Shown in pieces: positions 35,634-43,777 of a DNA stretch of 51,873 nucleotides. The notes beneath the pieces are model-generated. The model did not search any database. It was not told the origin of the DNA and saw only the letters and a list, made by a program, of their open reading frames with translations. Source of the stretch: Gemmatimonadota bacterium (GTDB lineage Bacteria; Gemmatimonadota; Gemmatimonadetes; Gemmatimonadales; Gemmatimonadaceae). The stretch covers positions 507 through 52,379 of the forward strand of contig PLEG01000388.1 in NCBI GenBank assembly GCA_003136975.1, given 5' to 3'. Both the position numbers and the translations under genes were made by a program. Each line of letters begins with the position of its first letter. The first letter of the stretch is position 1.

Positions 35634-37016
35634 ATGCTCTCACATCAGAATCCGATCACTAGGATTGTCAGTCCCGCAGGCGACGGGCCTACAAGGTCAT
35701 TCTCCGAACGTGCGGAGGATCTGCTCGACCGGTTGCTAATTGCGGATTACGATACTGGCACGAGTACGGCATGGGCTGGTGCAGCGCCCTGGCACCTGTG
35801 TTCGGCGTTCAAGCCGACATTCAATCAGCTCGCGTTCGATCTTTTTCCCTCGCTCGATCCCAGCGACTTGAGCTGCGATCCCGATCACGCCGTCTTCATA
35901 AAGAGTGGGTTCAGCGTTCGCTTGATCGAGGGGAAAGGGAAAGCCACTGTGCTGGACGAATTTGTATCGCGTCATCATCACTCCCTCCGGGGTGGCGGGA
36001 TGAGTGGCCGAGCTTACGGGCTGTATGATCCAACCGCCGCTCTCGTTGGTCTCATTATCTTCGCGAGACCGACGAATGCAAAGACTGCTGCAGGGATGCA
36101 GGTCGTAGAAATAGGCGACGACCTACTCTCGCCAACCGAGCTGGCGCATGTTACGCACGGAGAAGGCGAGACATTGGATTGCACACGACTTTGTGTTGCT
36201 GATGTGACGCCATCTGGGTTCATTTTAGGTACTGGAGCAGAGTCGTTCCTGTTTGCAGCGGGGCTGCGTGATCTCGCAAGTCGAAACCGGTCTCTCTGGA
36301 GAGCGACCCGCATGGTAGAGAAGGGGATTCCGCTTACGCCGGACACGCGCCGGATCCTTGCCAGCGTTTCAAGTTGTAAATGTGTTCGCTCTTTTGCGAC
36401 TGTCGGGACGCGAGGGGTCTCCTATGCCGCGTCTGGGCTTTTCTATTGCGGCAGAGGGCGGTCCGAACAGGAATCAGTTGGCAGACGATCGGGGGAAGTT
36501 TGCGGACGCAGGTCGCTCTCGAAGCTCGAAAGCCTGCACTGTCACGGACATGACCATCAAGTGCTCCGCGCTGTTTGGGAGGGCGGCGAAGGCTGCGTGA
36601 CCGCTTTCGACTCGAGAGGAAACGTGATCACATCAATCGACCTATCGCCGATTCGCGCGATGGTAGGTGATGATCTCACACCTCTCGTCCGTCAGCGCGC
36701 ACTCAAGCGTGCGTACCGCGAACTCCGAGCTGATGCAGAGCGCGGAATTGCGCGAGTGGATATTACGTGGAGTCTCAGTGCGGATAGGGCGGGCTATGTA
36801 TTGCGGCATGCGAGCCCGAAGCATCGGTACGTCGGCTACTTGGGCGCCCCGTACTACGTCGTAGAGATGGCGCGGCGGTCAAAGTATCTCCGGGACAGTA
36901 TCCTGGCTGCCGAGCGTGCTTGGTTCGCGCCTGAGCGACGCTGGCCGCGTGGGATTGGCTTCGGTTGGAAGCGCCCCCCACAGAGACTTGGGATTCCTCC
37001 GATGCCGAGATCCTAG
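35634..37016 (+). CDS. hypothetical protein; N-terminal half resembles the HRHH-motif GNAT-fold family of phages/MGEs (Mom-like?)
   Basis: 460 aa. SRHHHSLRGGGMSGRAYGLYDPTAALVGLIIFARPTN .. LDCTRLCV resembles the recalled pattern HRHH-P-x-G..F..G....LVGV..GRP...EVTR-C. This is a low-certainty recall match. Confidence 0.4.
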   Translation: MLSHQNPITRIVSPAGDGPTRSFSERAEDLLDRLLIADYDTGTSTAWAGAAPWHLCSAFKPTFNQLAFDLFPSLDPSDLSCDPDHAVFIKSGFSVRLIEGKGKATVLDEFVSRHHHSLRGGGMSGRAYGLYDPTAALVGLIIFARPTNAKTAAGMQVVEIGDDLLSPTELAHVTHGEGETLDCTRLCVADVTPSGFILGTGAESFLFAAGLRDLASRNRSLWRATRMVEKGIPLTPDTRRILASVSSCKCVRSFATVGTRGVSYAASGLFYCGRGRSEQESVGRRSGEVCGRRSLSKLESLHCHGHDHQVLRAVWEGGEGCVTAFDSRGNVITSIDLSPIRAMVGDDLTPLVRQRALKRAYRELRADAERGIARVDITWSLSADRAGYVLRHASPKHRYVGYLGAPYYVVEMARRSKYLRDSILAAERAWFAPERRWPRGIGFGWKRPPQRLGIPPMPRS

Positions 37017-37264
37017 AAACGCAGGCGTTCCCGACCAATGTAGACAGTTTGCTCCTGAAGCGTGGGCGGGGAAGCGCTGTTAGAGGCTAAGTGTCGCACT
37101 CACAGGAGCTTACACGCGGCATAGGGCGAATGAAGTGAGCGTATTTCACGCCTGACGGGCGGGATTGCGGCCCCAGCGGCCTCGATCGAAGATGTTAGCA
37201 TAGACGCGATTAGCCGCTGTCCTTTTTCTTGATTTATGTAAGAAGGTAGGCCACTATTTCCTAC

Positions 37265-37963
37265 ATGAGAGCACATCCGTTACCAAACAGCACGATGCAG
37301 CTGGAGTTTCATTCAACGGTTTTGTTAAGAACTCTTAGCCTTCGGGCTCGGATGCTAGCGTCAGCAGCAAGCATTCTGGCTCTTGCGGTCACATCTACTG
37401 CGATGGGCCAGGCTGTTGGCACAAGCCAACATGCGAACCAGAGTGGTGCATTGCGCCACAAGGCGAGTGTAGACACGGCCGGCTTACTGATAACCGGCGC
37501 AATGTGGCATCCAGGTACGGATCAAGCCCCGATACCATTCGCTGGAAGAACCATATTCGCTGTTCCTTATGCGAAGGAGCGTGAAGTGTTAGGGGCGTAC
37601 TGTCGTTTGGACGAACAGCTGCATTCAGAGCTGATCGACTCGGCTCGCACAGCGGGGCGGCAGGCTTACGGTGCAGCAAGTATCCGCGGAGGTCAGCGAC
37701 TTCAACGTATGGCCGAGGCTATACTCTCAGATGCGTCTCTCGAGCACGCAACCACCGGAATCGACGGGCACTACACGCTTCGCATACCGACCAACCAGGT
37801 GGTAGTGGTTATGGCCATTGGTGTCTACAACATCGAACTTGGCAATGTTGGCGGCTTTCCATTGACATATGTCTGGGCCATGCCGATGTCGAGCATCACC
37901 GACCACGGCAAGAAGGAACTGAACCTGAATTCCGAGACACAACTCGATCCAGTGTGCAAATAG
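37265..37963 (+). CDS. exported hypothetical protein
   Basis: Signal-like MLASAASILALAVTSTAMGQA (ATG 37352 is a likely true start). GIDGHYTLRIP resembles a carboxypeptidase-regulatory-like beta-sandwich. Confidence 0.45.
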   Translation: MRAHPLPNSTMQLEFHSTVLLRTLSLRARMLASAASILALAVTSTAMGQAVGTSQHANQSGALRHKASVDTAGLLITGAMWHPGTDQAPIPFAGRTIFAVPYAKEREVLGAYCRLDEQLHSELIDSARTAGRQAYGAASIRGGQRLQRMAEAILSDASLEHATTGIDGHYTLRIPTNQVVVVMAIGVYNIELGNVGGFPLTYVWAMPMSSITDHGKKELNLNSETQLDPVCK

Positions 37964-38061
37964 CCTGGCTCGGGTAGCAACGCAAGCGGAAGCCACAGGG
38001 GCGGAAACAGGATCTAGCGAGACAATTGGACACCCAAGTAGGCATCACCGACCAGCTAGCA

Positions 38062-38105
38062 ACGAAAGCCCTGCATGAAGTTACGATGCAGGGCTTTCGT
38101 TTATC
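38062..38105. terminator. strong rho-independent terminator
   Basis: Perfect 15-bp stem ACGAAAGCCCTGCAT / ATGCAGGGCTTTCGT (38062-38076 / 38086-38100) with a 9-nt loop, followed by TTAT. Confidence 0.7.
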
Positions 38106-38259
38106 AGTCGGGATGGACGGATTTGTACTGGCGACCTTCTGCTCCCGCTGATCGAGAGGCTATCTCGACACGCTAACCATCGCGTGAACAATGCCAGGTA
38201 ACTCCCGCAGGCGCATTGGAATGTGTTCACATCATTCCGTTCATCATCTGTGAGGATGT

Positions 38260-39339
38260 ATGACCACAAGAAACGAGTTACCAGCAGCGCCGAGGGAATT
38301 GTCGTTCGGCGTCAACGAGACCCGCTTGCTGGGCGAAGTCGGCCTTTTCTTCAGCTCCGCAACCGCCGCATTCGCCGAGTGTGTGCAGAACGCTTACCGC
38401 GCCGGCGCCACAACGCTACGTGTGACCGCTGATCCATCAGCCCGGAAAGTCGTATTCCGAGATAACGGTTGTGGCTTGAGCGACCCAAGCAAGCTGCTGC
38501 AAATGGCGGAAAGTGGCTGGGACACAGCAGACGTGAAGCACGCCGCGGGTTTGGGCTCGCTCGCGCTGTTCGCGATCGCTACAGATGTTGAGATTATCTC
38601 GATGCCTGATGACGGTAGTGCCCCGTGGCGCATACACTTCACGGACGCTGCTCTTCGTCACGAGGCTCCGGTTGAGTGCTGGGATGCTATTTCACCATCC
38701 CTCTGGGCTGAGCACGGTGACGAGGCTCATGGTGTCGAGATTCGCGCAACACTCCGTGAGTCCGCGACATTCCCGACAATGACAGCCGAGGACAGTGGAA
38801 AGTGGCGGCATCGATTCCCTCTGGCGATCACGATCGAGGTCGCTGATTCCACCATTCCAGGCGGGGTTCTCCGTAGCGTTCACACCGTTGGGCCTCGTGA
38901 GGGCTATTCGATTGAAACATCGGCTGGGGCGCTACACGTTACCTCGCCGAACAAGCAGAGTGGCCACTTTTCTACTGCGATCTTCGTTGAATGGGAGCAT
39001 CGGCGTACCGGGACAGTCTCGATACCGGACGAGGTTCTTTCCGAAGAATTGTGCGTCGGTGTTCCTAACGCGGTTCGCGAGGAATTGATCAGGCGCCTTC
39101 GCCGTGACGTTGAGCTCGTCTGGGTTGTATCACCAAATGTGGCGGTCGAGGCAAAACTTCCCGATCGCGAAACGCTGGTGCGTGATGAAGGATTCAAGCG
39201 GGCGATGAGTGTCCTCGCAGCAACGTTGCTCGCGGAGTTTGATGTTGAAAACCTCCGCAAAACGTTCGTGGAGTTCACTAAGGGCGAAGCGATCGTCCAG
39301 CTTGACGATATTGAGCAGCTTGCGCGTGGTGTCAAATAG
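38260..39339 (+). CDS. GHKL/Bergerat-fold ATPase (HATPase_c_3 / MORC-sacsin-like); ORF ends at a TAG followed by 57 more in-frame sense codons
   Basis: GAGGA RBS. N-box FAECVQNAYRAGAT, G1 VFRDNGCGLSD, G2 AAGLGSLALFAIA. Frame 1 stays open from TAG 39337-39339 to TGA 39511-39513. Confidence 0.6.
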   Translation: MTTRNELPAAPRELSFGVNETRLLGEVGLFFSSATAAFAECVQNAYRAGATTLRVTADPSARKVVFRDNGCGLSDPSKLLQMAESGWDTADVKHAAGLGSLALFAIATDVEIISMPDDGSAPWRIHFTDAALRHEAPVECWDAISPSLWAEHGDEAHGVEIRATLRESATFPTMTAEDSGKWRHRFPLAITIEVADSTIPGGVLRSVHTVGPREGYSIETSAGALHVTSPNKQSGHFSTAIFVEWEHRRTGTVSIPDEVLSEELCVGVPNAVREELIRRLRRDVELVWVVSPNVAVEAKLPDRETLVRDEGFKRAMSVLAATLLAEFDVENLRKTFVEFTKGEAIVQLDDIEQLARGVK

Positions 39340-39531
39340 TTCCGACCCCGCTTCAAGGGAATCCCGCTTACCGCTTTCGACCCGATTCCGTTCCTTGCGA
39401 TAGCGGGGTATGGCATTCCCGAGGGTGGAAACGATCTGTCGGATGTGGATTGCAGCCTCATTCTAGACGGTGATGGTTCAGACTTCGAAGTGTCGTACAA
39501 TACGACGCGGTGACTCGTCAAGCCTCTGTAC

Positions 39532-40275
39532 GTGACACCATTCGCTCAACTTGCCGTTGATGCCGGGATTCCGGCGATCGGCCCAGCAAAAGCGAAGAAT
39601 CACGATGGACTAATTCCACTCAGCATCGTCGCCCGTGGCGAGTCGCTCTTTGTGGAGGAGATGCAGGCGATCTTCGCTCGTGGTCTTCAGTTCGTAACTC
39701 CCGATGGTGTAAAGGTCGCATCGGTGCCCGTAGCTGCGTTTGAGTCAGCCTGGGAAGAGCTCGATGATACCGACGTGGAGTTGCCCGTTTGGTTGAAGAA
39801 TCGAGAGCCAATTCAGGTAATCTTTGCCATGCCCGGAGATGACCCGACACCACTCCCGGATGCTGTTATGGCGTACGTCCTGGAATCCCAAGCGTTCAAC
39901 AACTACGCGACGATCATGGCCGGAGAGCGCGATGGTGGAGAATTCGCGCTCGACATTTGGGACTACACCGAGTCGAACAGTTCGGATTCCAACGACTCGT
40001 GGAGTGAGACGCGTCTCGCCGCTGATGCACGTCGGCTGGTAGCCAATGCGGTAGGTGGAAAGCACGTACTGCAGGCCGAACGGGTTGCCGTCCTGGCAGA
40101 ACTGAGCGACATGATGGATGTGACCTTCAACTACGGCGACCGCGTTGACGCGCTGGTTCAGCGCGGGAAGACTGCGGGGATTGAGCCGAAGCTGCTCGCG
40201 CGGATACTCAGATCCCGCAACACGCTCCGAGATGCACTCAAGGCAATCCGCCTTCAGCAATCCGATGCGCGGTAG
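39532..40275 (+). CDS. hypothetical protein, partner of the GHKL ATPase
   Basis: 247 aa, GTG start 18 nt after TGA 39511-39513. No motif recognised. Confidence 0.45.
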   Translation: MTPFAQLAVDAGIPAIGPAKAKNHDGLIPLSIVARGESLFVEEMQAIFARGLQFVTPDGVKVASVPVAAFESAWEELDDTDVELPVWLKNREPIQVIFAMPGDDPTPLPDAVMAYVLESQAFNNYATIMAGERDGGEFALDIWDYTESNSSDSNDSWSETRLAADARRLVANAVGGKHVLQAERVAVLAELSDMMDVTFNYGDRVDALVQRGKTAGIEPKLLARILRSRNTLRDALKAIRLQQSDAR

Positions 40276-40288
40276 TAGCAAAGGCAAC

Positions 40289-40317
40289 GGGGCGGCATCC
40301 TGAATCGATGTCGCCCC
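40289..40317. terminator. bidirectional terminator hairpin between convergent genes
   Basis: GGGGCGGCAT / ATGTCGCCCC (40289-40298 / 40308-40317), 1 mismatch, 9-nt loop. Confidence 0.55.
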
Positions 40318-40347
40318 GCAAGTGCATCAATCCAGGTGCAAGATAGC

Positions 40348-40977
40348 CTAACTTGGTTTCCTGTCCTCACCATCGGCGACGCGGCGAGCACTCAGCCAAA
40401 GGTGATCCCATCGCGGCTGTATTAGAGATGAGATGGCGACACCGCCGAGCGACGAAGATGAGTGGATGAAACGCCCGCCGCCGATATAGATGCCAACATG
40501 GCTTACTACACCGCGAATGCCGAAGAACAACAGATCGCCATCTTCGAGAGCGTCCGTCGAACGTGGTATTGGATTCCCGACTCGAGACTGCTCCTTCGAT
40601 GTGCGAGGGAGACGAATCCCAGCTCGACCTTCTGCCCACTGGACGAACGCGCTGCAATCCACAGCCGCCGCACTCTTTCCGTTGCCCCCGTACTGGTACG
40701 GGCGCCCGAGTTGCCTGTAAGCCTGCGCGATCGCCATGAGTCGCCTAGCCGAGCTGTGCTGACCTTTATCCCACAGCGTCCGCGCAGCGGCTGCCGCTTC
40801 TTCAGGAGTCGAGTATCGCGACGCCGGCGTTTCTGCACTCGGAGCGGCTCGACGTGATGACGCCGTCGTCGCGATCGGTGCTTGTGCGACGAGCGGCCTG
40901 GTTCCAGTGAACAGAGAAAGTGCGAGCGCCAGCAGAAGACGCGGATGGGCGCCGGCAATGATGACTCGATTAGGCAT
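40348..40977 (-). CDS. NlpC/P60 (C40) peptidoglycan endopeptidase with signal peptide
   Basis: 209 aa. Signal LLLALALSLFTGTRPLVAQA. Core GRPYQYGGNG..VDCSAFVQW .. GDLLFF .. VSHVGIYIGGGRFIHS. Confidence 0.8.
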   Translation of the reverse strand: MPNRVIIAGAHPRLLLALALSLFTGTRPLVAQAPIATTASSRRAAPSAETPASRYSTPEEAAAAARTLWDKGQHSSARRLMAIAQAYRQLGRPYQYGGNGKSAAAVDCSAFVQWAEGRAGIRLPRTSKEQSRVGNPIPRSTDALEDGDLLFFGIRGVVSHVGIYIGGGRFIHSSSSLGGVAISSLIQPRWDHLWLSARRVADGEDRKPS

Positions 40978-41081
40978 GTAGCTGGTGAGTATCGGCAGTC
41001 AATCCTGTTCTGTTCATCCAATTGGGTATCCCGGGTGCCGATACTCCGAGGAGGCACTCCCGAAGAGGATGAATAATCAGA

Positions 41082-41351
41082 ATGGCCCCAACCGCAGACT
41101 CGAAGTCGATTCCCAAGGTCATCAAAACTGGATTTGATGATGCTGCAACGATCAATGACATCTACGACCGGCTAGAACGGAGCGAAGATACTATTACGGT
41201 CGGATGCTTCCGCGGGCTTCTGAGACTACGCGAGATGAGCGGAAAGGAGGTGACGATGAAAGACCTCCGGATACTGCTTCATGTTGATGAGCCCAAGCCG
41301 ACACCCAAGCAAATAGCGACCACGGCGGTCGCGGTCGCTGTCGCTAGCTAG
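41082..41351 (+). CDS. hypothetical protein
   Basis: 89-aa ORF. A possible 52-aa membrane ORF follows (GTG 41352-TGA 41510), which I did not call. Confidence 0.35.
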   Translation: MAPTADSKSIPKVIKTGFDDAATINDIYDRLERSEDTITVGCFRGLLRLREMSGKEVTMKDLRILLHVDEPKPTPKQIATTAVAVAVAS

Positions 41352-41640
41352 GTGCTCCTTTCGATGGTCTTAGGGTTAGGCCAGGATGGATACTGGGCCG
41401 GCTTCGGCGTAGCCTGTTTCGGCCTTTGGATGGCCTACAGCATCGGCGTATCCGCTGGGTCGAAATTCTTCCCCAAGGGTTCCAAATCAGCCAATATCTT
41501 CGAACTGTGATGGTCGGCCAGGCTCGAGGTGGTGCGCGAGTTGGCGTTGGGGCTGTATCCTGTAATTAGGCATGGGGTTTCAGCGAGCTTTTGGGATTAG
41601 GCCGCACGCCTCACCGTGATTTCCTTCAACCTCTACATCC

Positions 41641-41895
41641 ATGTCGCAGTCAACTGTACAGCAGGAAGAGATCTTTGATGGCGCAGTGCTCGATCTTGAA
41701 CAGCTACCGGCGCCGATGACTGAGCACGAGCACGCGGTTCATTCCGTAGCTCGTGCGGAGTTCGCAGTTCTTGCCGACTTGCTGCAACGCCAGGATCGTG
41801 GCGAGACAGTGCCTGTTGACGAAATGCATGTGGCGGAAAGCGATGCGACGGAACTGTTGCTCGCATACAAGCGGCTGCTTTCCCGTCGGGTTTAG
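41641..41895 (+). CDS. hypothetical acidic protein
   Basis: 84-aa ORF. No motif recognised. Confidence 0.35.
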   Translation: MSQSTVQQEEIFDGAVLDLEQLPAPMTEHEHAVHSVARAEFAVLADLLQRQDRGETVPVDEMHVAESDATELLLAYKRLLSRRV

Positions 41896-41947
41896 TAGCC
41901 CGGACTCTCGATCGGTCGTGAATATCTCAGGAGGTCTCGGGAGGGGT

Positions 41948-42259
41948 ATGAGCATCGCCATGGACTCGCCTTCGCTAACAACTAATCGGATGGGCTTGGG
42001 ACGGAGCATGTCTCAGTTCATCAGGGTGGTCGCACGTCGCACGAGTCAGATTCTCTACCTCGGGGCTCTCGTGGTGGTGACTGCGTGGGGCTTACATGGC
42101 GCATGGTCGTTTACTCGGGTGGTAGCGTCCGAGATAATGGCACTGCGCCATCCTGACGTATTGGCCTCAGATCCGAGCTTGGAGCGCACGTTGAGGGCGG
42201 AAGCCCTTATCCGAGCCGGACACGGGCGTTCGAAAGCACGGCATGGGAGCCGATATTAA
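41948..42259 (+). CDS. hypothetical membrane protein
   Basis: GGGAGGGG RBS precedes ATG 41948. One TM helix, ILYLGALVVVTAWGL. Confidence 0.4.
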   Translation: MSIAMDSPSLTTNRMGLGRSMSQFIRVVARRTSQILYLGALVVVTAWGLHGAWSFTRVVASEIMALRHPDVLASDPSLERTLRAEALIRAGHGRSKARHGSRY

Positions 42260-42459
42260 TTTGTAGCAGGGTTTGGAGCTGCCGCCACCGCGGTGGCTCC
42301 GGACAGGCGTGACGGGAAACCGGCGCGCCACTTCGACTTGTAGGACGAACAACTCAACGACAGTGTGTGTGCAGCGGGGCCGGATCGTTTTCGGTGCCGG
42401 CTGCACGACCTGCGCATCAAGGCACGCTTATGCGTCTGATGTACGGATCTATGCATGGG

Positions 42460-42867
42460 ATGAACCGATCGCGTTCGAGAAGCGGATTCACTCTTCTCGA
42501 ATTGCTGATTGCGCTGATAATCATCAGCGTGGTGAGTGCGATCGCGTTCCCGGCATTTTTCGGTGCTGTCAGCGCGAATGACATAACGACCATGCGGACT
42601 GACGTTCAAAGGCTTCAGTTTCAGGCGCGATCCTATTACGACGCACACAGCGTATTTCCACAAACACCGGGGAATGGTTGGGTAACGGCTCCAATAGCCG
42701 GACTGGACTTCCGTCCCTCGCCCGGTATGGAGTTCTCGTTAGAGCGCAGTGCGGACGGACAGGGGGTCGTTGTGTCGATAGAGCCGCTCGCACCACCCCA
42801 CCAGTATTGCTCTCGACGTTTAGGTACCTCAGACATCGGGAATGGAATCGAATGCGTAACACAATGA
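42460..42867 (+). CDS. type IV pilin / pseudopilin-like protein (prepilin N-terminal methylation motif)
   Basis: Leader MNRSRSRSG then FTLLELLIALIIISVVSAIAFPAF. C-terminal Cys pair. Starts at 42430 or 42451 are also possible. Confidence 0.7.
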   Translation: MNRSRSRSGFTLLELLIALIIISVVSAIAFPAFFGAVSANDITTMRTDVQRLQFQARSYYDAHSVFPQTPGNGWVTAPIAGLDFRPSPGMEFSLERSADGQGVVVSIEPLAPPHQYCSRRLGTSDIGNGIECVTQ

Positions 42868-43274
42868 CTGTGGAGAGATCAAGTTCACATCGATCCGGCT
42901 TCACGCTGGTGGAGATATTGGTTGCTCTCGTGATCGTGGCGATCTTATCTGCTTCGTTCCTCATGTGGAATGACAACGCTACGACCCTGGCAGATGACAC
43001 GAACGCCCACGCGGATCTGTCCCGGCTCGTCGCGGCGTTGCAAGAAGCGCGAGCCGAGACTGGGAAGTACCCCGTTACAGGATCCTTCACGACGACACCG
43101 GTTGCCGGACTTCCATTCCAGCCCAGCCAGGGCATGCAGTACCGGGTCTATGGGTCGGCGGATCAACTCTCGGTCTATGCCGTAATGGGCCCAACTCGCG
43201 CCACCACGAAGACATGTACAATCGCCCTCGGAACCTATGATACGGGGGCCGGGATGGTCTGTACCGTCTTTTAG
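42864..43274 (+). CDS. type IV pilin / pseudopilin-like protein, paralog of the preceding gene
   Basis: Leader MTVERSSSHRSG then FTLVEILVALVIVAILSASF. The ATG overlaps the previous stop. The C-terminal region is colinear with the paralog (GLPFQPSQGMQY vs GLDFRPSPGMEF). Confidence 0.7.
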   Translation: MTVERSSSHRSGFTLVEILVALVIVAILSASFLMWNDNATTLADDTNAHADLSRLVAALQEARAETGKYPVTGSFTTTPVAGLPFQPSQGMQYRVYGSADQLSVYAVMGPTRATTKTCTIALGTYDTGAGMVCTVF

Positions 43275-43396
43275 GGTGCGTCCGCAATCACCATCCATAG
43301 GAATTCCGATGGCCGGCGCGTAAACCAGCCTGATCCTGTGCTGTCTGTTCAATAGGAGGCTTCCATGCCTCGTCGCCGACCCAGAGAGAGTCTCAA

Positions 43397-43777
43397 ATGA
43401 ACATTGATCAATCACCAACACTCCGTCCGACTCGTGAACCCTCATATGAGGGCAACACTTCGGATACAGACACCCTTGTAACCTCCTCTGTGGTGGACGT
43501 CCTCACGATCGTAACGCAGGAGCGGAACCAGAAGCTTGCCAAGGGACAGTCTCTGCGTGACATCAATGACGAATTTGTGCAGGAGTACAGCCACTATCTC
43601 GCGTCGATAACTCACGATGATGAGCGCGTCATTCACGACCAGGTTTCCAAGTCACTGATCCGTTCTGGAAAGGAAGCAAGCGCGACATTACTGCAGCTCG
43701 TAGTTAGCGTGCGCGTATATCAGCGACTCGGCATGGTGCCGACCGCCGGCGTCTTTAGCACTGGAGGCGCATCGTGA
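43397..43777 (+). CDS. hypothetical protein
   Basis: 126 aa. It has no SD of its own, and its ATG overlaps the stop of an 11-codon uORF (43365-43400) that carries an AGGAGG RBS. Confidence 0.4.
   Translation: MNIDQSPTLRPTREPSYEGNTSDTDTLVTSSVVDVLTIVTQERNQKLAKGQSLRDINDEFVQEYSHYLASITHDDERVIHDQVSKSLIRSGKEASATLLQLVVSVRVYQRLGMVPTAGVFSTGGAS

Noticed and set aside
38101-38190. tRNA-like fragment on the - strand (anticodon-like hairpin TCGAG-ATAGCCT-CTCGA and GTACAAATCC resembling a T-loop)
   Set aside because: No T-stem or acceptor stem can be paired and position 37 is a pyrimidine. It is not a tRNA, and at best is an unprovable relic.
39337-39339. Genome-wide TAG reassignment as the explanation for the in-frame TAG in the GHKL gene
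   Set aside because: TAG terminates well-supported genes at their expected ends: dnaN (4345-4347), the Xre antitoxin (7321-7323) and HNH (35526-35528). A point mutation, sequencing error or local read-through is more parsimonious.
41352-41510. 52-aa ORF (GTG 41352 / ATG 41364) with one hydrophobic segment
   Set aside because: There is no RBS and it falls below any reliable length. It is mentioned under feature 41082-41351 but not called.
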